Source: Chthonomonadales bacterium (GTDB lineage Bacteria > Armatimonadota > Chthonomonadetes > Chthonomonadales > Chthonomonadaceae). Taken from it: 23,160 bases of DNA. The stretch spans positions 1-23,160 of the forward strand of contig JBBQPO010000065.1 of the NCBI GenBank assembly GCA_038217285.1, written 5' to 3'. The notes below the pieces were generated by a model that worked only from the letters and a program-made list of their open reading frames with translations, was not told the DNA's origin and did not search any database. Position numbers and translations under genes: made by a program. How positions within the stretch are numbered: the first letter of the stretch is position 1; each line of letters starts with the position of its first letter. This document shows positions 1-5,538 of this stretch, one piece after another.

Positions 1-399
1 GGTCGGCAGGCGTTTCCCTGCCCATTGGGCATAGGCCGCCGCCCGATCATAGGTGATATTCGTGGCGGGTAGCCTCTCCTGTCCCTGCGCGAACGTATGG
101 TTCGCGTCGAAGCGGCGAAACTCCTCGTTCGTGACCTCGTGCACATCTATATAATAGGAAGAGACGTACACACGGCGTTTTGGCTTCACGTCCTCGTCGG
201 CATCCTCGTCGTCGGAGCCGAGCCAGCACTCTCCACCGGGAACCGCAGCCATGCCGGGAGGCGTATGAAAACGCAATACGTTCGTCTGCGCCACCGTATC
301 CGGGCGCGGCGCGTTCAGACGACGTTCGATCCCGAACACCAGGGCCACGCCTGCCAACACGACAATGGCAATTCGAATCCAGGAGATCTGTTTCAGCAT
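1..399 (-). CDS. Formylglycine-generating enzyme (FGE/SUMF1/EgtB/PvdO) family protein, N-terminal part, runs off the window edge
   Basis: Not in the ORF track; translated by hand from ATG at 399 (upstream AAGGA): MLKQISWIRIAIVVLAGVALVFG (signal/anchor)...PPGMAAVPGGECWLGSDD...KPKRRVYVSSYYIDVHEVTNEEF...LPATNITYDRAAAYAQWAGKRLPT, matching FGE-sulfatase motifs (EVTN, GKRLPT). Confidence 0.9.
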   Translation of the reverse strand, partial: MLKQISWIRIAIVVLAGVALVFGIERRLNAPRPDTVAQTNVLRFHTPPGMAAVPGGECWLGSDDEDADEDVKPKRRVYVSSYYIDVHEVTNEEFRRFDANHTFAQGQERLPATNITYDRAAAYAQWAGKRLPT

Positions 400-518
400 C
401 GGATTCTTTCCTTTTGTGCTGCGCACTATGCTACTCTACGCAATGTAGGGCGATTCGATACGCTGTCTGGCCTATTGGCGCAAAACTCTGTGGAGAGCGT
501 GGACGCAGGCAGGAATCG

Positions 519-547
519 TTGACAACCTGCGTGAATAGTGTGATAAT
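519..547 (+). promoter_or_regulatory. sigma70-type promoter for the pspA operon
   Basis: TTGACA (519-524), 17-nt spacer, GATAAT (542-547), with an extended -10 TG at 539-540. Confidence 0.75.
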
Positions 548-630
548 ACAGGCTGGGAGTCTGGCATTGGATGAGTGCGCGTGGTAGCATGAGGTGATAC
601 TGGCGCGTCCATTATCAACAGGAAGCATTC

Positions 631-659
631 TGAAACCGAAGTGGTTCCCGATCCATCTA
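631..659 (+). promoter_or_regulatory. Possible ECF-sigma promoter upstream of pspA
   Basis: TGAAAC-N17-CATCTA; resembles ECF (SigW/SigE-like) AAC...CGT promoters and the motifs upstream of the ECF gene at 15833-15897. Confidence 0.35.
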
Positions 660-780
660 AACATGCGTGGGAAGACGCTACGAGACGCCGGACTGGACGG
701 CTCGCAGACGTGACGGTTTTTCGGGAATGCGAGGACGCGCAGACCGCATCGGGCCAGGCGCGAGAAGGAGACTGGGTGTC

Positions 781-1632
781 ATGAACGTGGTCACACGCTT
801 TTTCCGCTACTTGAAAGGGTTGATTAACGGCAACCTCGATAAGTGGGAAAATCCGGAAATAATCCTCAACGAAGGCGTTCGGGAGATGAAAGAGAACCAG
901 ATCACGAACCGGGAACTCGCGGTCCAGGCCATCACGCAGAAGAATAATCTGCAGCAGGCCGTGGACAGCGAGGAGCGACTGGTCGCGGAGTATGAGCGCA
1001 AGGCGACCCTCGCCGTGTCGGGTGGCAATCGGGAGCTCGCCAAGCAGTTCTTGAAAGAGAAGGCGATCCACCAACAGACGCTGGAGAGTATGCGGGCTAG
1101 TCTTGCGTCGGCTATCGAGGCGGCGGAGAAGGTCAAAATCGCGATCAAGAACGAGGAAGACCGTATTCGCGTTCGCACCTCTGAAGCCCTGGCCCTCAAA
1201 GCCAACATGAAGCAGGCGCAGATCCAGATCTCTATCAATAAGGCGCTCGATCAGTTCCAGTTCAGTGACAACGAGAACCAGTGGTCCTCCGCCAAAGATC
1301 GGATCACGTCGATGCAGTCGGAAGCCAACGCCCGCGCCGAAATCGCCAGCACGAGCATGGACTCCAAACTGCGCGAAATGGAGTTCTCGCAAATGGACGC
1401 GCAGGCCGAGGACGAACTGGCGAAGCTGGAAGCGAAAATGGCGATGGGCGGCTCCCCAGCCAGTCGCTACACCAACACCACGACCGTGCAGCAGGTGCAG
1501 ACCCTCGGTGGCAACGGGGCGACCGCAGGCAGCAGCGCCAACGGCACAAACGGCGGCAGCACCGGCCCTGCGGTAGAGAGCGACCTGGACAAACAGTTGC
1601 GCGAACTCGAAGAGAAACTTGGTAAGCGTTAG
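781..1632 (+). CDS. pspA: PspA/IM30 (Vipp1-like) family protein, bacterial ESCRT-III, 283 aa
   Basis: ATG 781 with AAGGAG SD (preferred to the 667 track start). N-terminal amphipathic helix MNVVTRFFRYLKGLIN, ENPEIILNE motif, long coiled coil, AEDELAKLEAKM helix, Gly/Thr linker, then a terminal helix ESDLDKQLRELEEKL. Confidence 0.92.
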   Translation: MNVVTRFFRYLKGLINGNLDKWENPEIILNEGVREMKENQITNRELAVQAITQKNNLQQAVDSEERLVAEYERKATLAVSGGNRELAKQFLKEKAIHQQTLESMRASLASAIEAAEKVKIAIKNEEDRIRVRTSEALALKANMKQAQIQISINKALDQFQFSDNENQWSSAKDRITSMQSEANARAEIASTSMDSKLREMEFSQMDAQAEDELAKLEAKMAMGGSPASRYTNTTTVQQVQTLGGNGATAGSSANGTNGGSTGPAVESDLDKQLRELEEKLGKR

Positions 1633-1676
1633 TTCCCTGCCCGCAAATCGGTCAGAGGAAGAGGCGGAACCCCCGT

Positions 1677-2216
1677 ATGAGCATTCCGGAACGTTTTTAT
1701 CGTATCGCCAAACATAAGTTTTCCGAAATTCGTGACCGCGTTGATCGCTGGGACGAAGAGGCGGAGGAGGCGGAAACAGCCAAGCTCCGCAAGGCCGAGA
1801 CGCGTACCGACTCCCAGCGCGAACTTAAGGACGCCTTGAGAAGCCCGACTCCGACGAAATCCGATGCCGTCCCGCCCGCGCATGCCTCCACCCTGCGCTC
1901 CCCCGACGAGATTCGCCGTGGGGCCACTCCGACGCCTGCGAATACGCCGATGGGGCTGCCGGACCCGCTTGTTTTCCACTACAATCTGCTTGGCGTGGAG
2001 CCGGGAACCGAGTTTACGGAGGTGCAGGCCGCCTATAATAGACTGGCTGCACGGTGTGATCCCGCCCGCTTCCCGGCCCAGTCCACGGAGGCCCAGGAGG
2101 TGGAGCGCATTCGTAAGCGCCTGGAAGAATCTTATAAAGTGCTGCGGGACGCCCTCGACGCCACCGCCCGACGCTTTGACCTGTTGGAGTTCGACTCGCC
2201 TAGTGCGAAAGCCTGA
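1677..2216 (+). CDS. J-domain-like protein (C-terminal DnaJ fold with HPD replaced by DPA)
   Basis: HYNLLGVEPGTEFTEVQAAYNRLAARCDPARFP...RIRKRLEESYKVLRD aligns with the J-domain pattern YxxLGV...AYRKLAxxYHPD...INEAYEVL. GAGG SD upstream. Confidence 0.8.
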   Translation: MSIPERFYRIAKHKFSEIRDRVDRWDEEAEEAETAKLRKAETRTDSQRELKDALRSPTPTKSDAVPPAHASTLRSPDEIRRGATPTPANTPMGLPDPLVFHYNLLGVEPGTEFTEVQAAYNRLAARCDPARFPAQSTEAQEVERIRKRLEESYKVLRDALDATARRFDLLEFDSPSAKA

Positions 2217-2218
2217 CT

Positions 2219-2329
2219 TACCGGCAATGAATTGCCGTTCTGAAACGCAAAACCCGCATTCGCGGTTTAAATGCCTCAGAGTCCCCGAAGGGGGACTTCC
2301 CATGTCAGAACGGGATTTCAATCCCGGTA
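2219..2329. repeat. REP/BIME-like inverted doublet of palindromic units
   Basis: TACCGGCAATGAATTGCCGTTCTGA plus hairpin AAACCCGC-ATTC-GCGGTTT; inverted copy AGTCCCC-GAAG-GGGGACT ... TCAGAACGGGATTTCAATCCCGGTA. Four hairpins in 111 nt. Confidence 0.7.
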
Positions 2330-2357
2330 TACTCCGGCCTGCAAAGGAAATACTACC

Positions 2358-2648
2358 ATGTCCCATCCTACCCGATTGACTGACTCAGAGATTCAGAAAC
2401 TCCTTCCCACGCTGACAGGCTGGGAGTTGCGTGACGGCAAGCTGCACCGCACCTTTACGTTTACCGACTTTTCGCAGGCGTGGGGCTTTATGTCCCGCGT
2501 CGCCCTGGTCGCGGAAAAGATGGACCATCATCCCGACTGGTCCAATGTCTATCGCACTGTCCATGTCGATCTCGATACCCACGACGCCGGAGGCATCACC
2601 CGCCTCGATATTGAGATGGCACAGCAGATGAACGCCCTGGCTGTGTAG
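2358..2648 (+). CDS. phhB: Pterin-4-alpha-carbinolamine dehydratase (4a-hydroxytetrahydrobiopterin dehydratase), 96 aa
   Basis: ATG 2358 after [42 protein letters not shown] motifs. Confidence 0.92.
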   Translation: MSHPTRLTDSEIQKLLPTLTGWELRDGKLHRTFTFTDFSQAWGFMSRVALVAEKMDHHPDWSNVYRTVHVDLDTHDAGGITRLDIEMAQQMNALAV

Positions 2649-2659
2649 AGAAGTTTTCC

Positions 2660-3823
2660 ATGGAACTACCTGTCTACCTCGATCACTCCGCCACCACGCC
2701 TGTCGCCCCAGCCGTCCTGGAAGAGATGCTGCCCTACTTCACGGAGCGGTTCGGCAACGCCTCCGCCCTCTATAGCGTCGGCATGGCCGCTCGTGATGGA
2801 GTGGAGAACGCCCGTGAGATCCTTGCGGCGGCGCTTCATGCCTCTCCCGAAGAGATCATCTTCACCTCCGGCGGCACAGAGGCGAACAACATGGCGCTGC
2901 GCGGCGCAGCGGAGGCCGATCCCCAGCGCCGCCACCTGCTGACCACCCCCATCGAACACCATGCCGTCCTGGAACCCCTCGAACGGCTGCAACATCAGGG
3001 CTACGACCTTGAAATGCTGCCGGTGGATTCGGACGGCAGGGTCGATTTTGCGACGACCGCCCAGCAACTGCGTTCCGATACCCTGATCGTCTCCATCATG
3101 CATGCCAACAACGAGATCGGAACCGTGCAGGACATCGCCGCCTTCGGCGCGCTCTGCCGGGCGCACGGGGTTCTGTTCCATACCGATGCCGTGCAGTCGT
3201 TCGGCAAACTGCCGATTGATGTCCGCAAAATGCAGATCGATCTGCTCAGTCTCTCCGGCCACAAGCTCCACGCGCCCAAAGGCGTCGGCGCGCTCTACAT
3301 GCGGCGCGGCGTCCCGCTGGCACGCTTCATGGACGGCGGCGGGCAGGAGAGGGGGAGGCGCGGCGGAACTCTCAATGTCCCTGGAATCGTAGGTTTGGGT
3401 AAGGCGACCGAATTGGCGCAGGAACAGATGGCCTCGGAAGTGTGCCGTCTGACGGAGTTGCGGGACTGGTTTTTTGAACGTCTAACAGCCACCATTCCCG
3501 GCGTTCGCATCTGTGGGAGCCGAACCTATCGGATGCCGAACAACATCCATTTCTGTCTGGAGGGGGTGCAGGGGGAGCCGGTGCTGCTCGCTCTGGATGC
3601 CGCAGGCATCTGTGCCTCGGCAGGCTCGGCCTGTTCGGCAGGCTCGACGGAACCCTCGCATGTCCTGAAAGCGATCAGTATTCCGCGCGACCTCGCGCGC
3701 GGGGCACTGCGTCTGACGATGGGGGCGAGTACGGACAGGGAAACGCTGGAATACGTGTTGGGAACGTTAAAGCGCACCGTCAGCGACCTGCGCCACCTCG
3801 TGGGAAGCGCGGAGTCACGTTGA
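2660..3823 (+). CDS. iscS: Cysteine desulfurase, IscS/NifS group I
   Basis: YLDHSATTP, FTSGGTEANN, HTDAVQ, SGHK (PLP lysine), AGSACSAG (catalytic Cys). Confidence 0.95.
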   Translation: MELPVYLDHSATTPVAPAVLEEMLPYFTERFGNASALYSVGMAARDGVENAREILAAALHASPEEIIFTSGGTEANNMALRGAAEADPQRRHLLTTPIEHHAVLEPLERLQHQGYDLEMLPVDSDGRVDFATTAQQLRSDTLIVSIMHANNEIGTVQDIAAFGALCRAHGVLFHTDAVQSFGKLPIDVRKMQIDLLSLSGHKLHAPKGVGALYMRRGVPLARFMDGGGQERGRRGGTLNVPGIVGLGKATELAQEQMASEVCRLTELRDWFFERLTATIPGVRICGSRTYRMPNNIHFCLEGVQGEPVLLALDAAGICASAGSACSAGSTEPSHVLKAISIPRDLARGALRLTMGASTDRETLEYVLGTLKRTVSDLRHLVGSAESR

Positions 3824-3945
3824 GCGCGTGAAATCCCGACCAAGGAGCGCGCTAGATCAAACAGCAGATGCCTGCAATCGCGTCGTTGCTACTACATGAA
3901 TGTTGAGCGACGAATAGTTTTTTTCGAGACGGCGGCAAAAATCGC

Positions 3946-3974
3946 TTGACAAATCCGCAACGCTGTCTTATAAT
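3946..3974 (+). promoter_or_regulatory. Perfect-consensus sigma70 promoter upstream of the sigma-factor leader
   Basis: TTGACA (3946-3951), N17, TATAAT (3969-3974). Confidence 0.85.
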
Positions 3975-3980
3975 ACGGTT

Positions 3981-4340
3981 GAGAGCAGTTTCAGCGACCT
4001 TCCGTAGTTGCGGTTGGCGGCATAAGAGCAGAGCACCCGGAGTTTCAGGCTCGGCCTCTTTCACGTAGCGCCTCTAGCGCTGTTTTATCAAGAAATTCAT
4101 AGGCGAGACGGCCTCTCCCGTAAGGGAAACTCGGTCCGCCCCATCATATAGGCACTCATTGGACGCAACGGCGCTCGACATTCCCAGATCCGTACTTGAG
4201 CAGGAGAATGGCCCATGCGAAATCTCATTGTTACCTGTCCTGAGTGCCTTGCGCAGAAGATAGTCTGTGAAAAAAGGCACGTAGTCACCGCGACGTGAGA
4301 TACGCCACCGCATACGAGACACCGAACGTCGGAGGAGAGG
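3981..4340 (+). ncRNA. Putative structured 5' leader / cis-regulatory RNA (no family recognised)
   Basis: Hairpin TAGCGC-CTCTA-GCGCTG followed by TTTTAT (4066-4087); hairpin 4102-4140 capped by TCCC-GTAA-GGGA (GNRA loop); long-range helix AGGCACTCA-TT-GGAC (4150-4164) / GTCC-TGAGTGCCT (4237-4249) enclosing GCTCGA/TTGAGC and GAGA/TCTC stems. Confidence 0.4.
4215..4298 (+). CDS. Putative 27-aa Cys-rich leader peptide ([27 protein letters not shown])
   Basis: AGGAG at 4202-4206, 8 nt before the ATG; CxxC-x6-C-x3-H pattern. Below the ORF-track size cutoff. Confidence 0.35.
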   Translation: MRNLIVTCPECLAQKIVCEKRHVVTAT

Positions 4341-4350
4341 AGTGGCATTC

Positions 4351-5439
4351 ATGAGCACCAAGACCGCTGTTCTGGACAGGACACAGAGCCGAGGGCGCGA
4401 TGCCCGCTTTGCAACCCGCCCGGGCGATTCCGAGCTGAGCGAAGAGGAAACCGAAGATACTTTCGATAGCGAACCCAGTGACGATCTGCTGACCCTCTAT
4501 GAGAGCGATGTGGTCGTGGAAGCGGCTGTCTATCACGAAGAGGCGAACTCCTCTACCGGGGATGACGCGGATATTCGCACCGGCGCTCTGCCCCACCTGC
4601 ATGAAGAGAACGACAGCCATCGCAACGAAGAGAGCCTCCAGGTCTGGATGAGCCGCGCGCGGGGCGCGCAGTTGCTTACCGCCGATGAGGAGATCCGTCT
4701 CGCGCGGGCCGTGCAGCGCGGAGACAAACAGGCTAAAGACAAACTCACTGAAGCCAACCTGCGTCTCGTCGTCTCCATCGCCAAAAAGTACAGTGTGCGC
4801 GGCATTCCGCTGCCCGACCTTATTCAGGAAGGCAATATCGGCCTTATCCGCGCCGTCGAGAAGTTCGACCCCAGCAAAGGCTACCGCTTCAGCACCTACG
4901 CCACCTGGTGGATTCGCCGCGCTATTGCCCGCGCCATCATCAATCAGGGCCGCACCATCCGCATTCCCGTCTACGTCGCGGAGATCATTCACAAGCTCGT
5001 CAAAGCCTCCAGCCGCTTGCGCCAGCAGTTGCTGCGGGATCCTACCGTCGAAGAGATCGCTCGCGAACTCGAAGTCCCGGTCGAGCGCGTCAATGAGATC
5101 ATGCGTATCGCGCTGGAGCCGCTCTCTCTCGAAACCCCGGTCGGAGAGAAAGACAACAGCCAGTTGGCCGACTTTATCCAGTCGCAGACCGCCGTTTCGC
5201 CCTCCGAAGCCACGCTGAACCTGATCCGCCGCGAGCAGATCGAAGAGGTGCTCGACCGCCTGACCGGACGCGAAAAAGAGGTGCTCCGCATGCGCTTCGG
5301 CCTCGACGACGGCTACGCACGCACGCTCGAAGAGGTCGGTTGCCGCCTGCATGTCACCCGCGAACGTGTTCGGCAGATTGAGCTCCGCGCGCTCAAGAAG
5401 CTGCGCCATTTCGGTCCCAGCGAACTCATTCGCCAGTAA
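4351..5439 (+). CDS. RNA polymerase sigma70 factor, RpoD/SigA family, probably non-primary (group 2-like)
   Basis: [56 protein letters not shown]...[13 protein letters not shown] 4351 has GAGGAG at 8 nt; GTG 4342 is the alternative start. Regions 1.2 and 2.4 diverge from primary sigmas. Confidence 0.93.
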   Translation: MSTKTAVLDRTQSRGRDARFATRPGDSELSEEETEDTFDSEPSDDLLTLYESDVVVEAAVYHEEANSSTGDDADIRTGALPHLHEENDSHRNEESLQVWMSRARGAQLLTADEEIRLARAVQRGDKQAKDKLTEANLRLVVSIAKKYSVRGIPLPDLIQEGNIGLIRAVEKFDPSKGYRFSTYATWWIRRAIARAIINQGRTIRIPVYVAEIIHKLVKASSRLRQQLLRDPTVEEIARELEVPVERVNEIMRIALEPLSLETPVGEKDNSQLADFIQSQTAVSPSEATLNLIRREQIEEVLDRLTGREKEVLRMRFGLDDGYARTLEEVGCRLHVTRERVRQIELRALKKLRHFGPSELIRQ

Positions 5440-5450
5440 GTCCAGGTTTC

Positions 5451-5497
5451 GCGGGGAGGCCGGTCGTGTGCGCCCCCTCCACCGGCCCCGCTCTGTT
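5451..5497 (+). terminator. Possible intrinsic terminator after the sigma gene
   Basis: GC-rich stem GCGGGG(AG)GCCGGT ... ACCGGCCCCGC followed by TCTGTT; weak U-tract. Confidence 0.4.
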
Positions 5498-5538
5498 GGC
5501 CTTATCCTCTCTTGCGCATCGCGAGAGAGGAGAGCCTT

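Noticed and set aside
97-587. Plus-strand ORFs 97-522 and 180-587
   Set aside because: Opposite the clear FGE-family gene; no family features.
667-780. N-terminal extension of PspA in the ORF track
   Set aside because: The SD and family N-terminus point to ATG 781.
472-1392. 306-aa minus-strand ORF
   Set aside because: Antisense shadow of pspA in GC-rich DNA; no motifs.
4150-4200. GGACGCAA resembling part of a c-di-GMP-I riboswitch
   Set aside because: The upstream GGCAAA..GAAA stem and the remaining consensus are absent.
4285-5409. 374-aa antisense ORF over the sigma gene
   Set aside because: Typical antisense open frame caused by codon bias.
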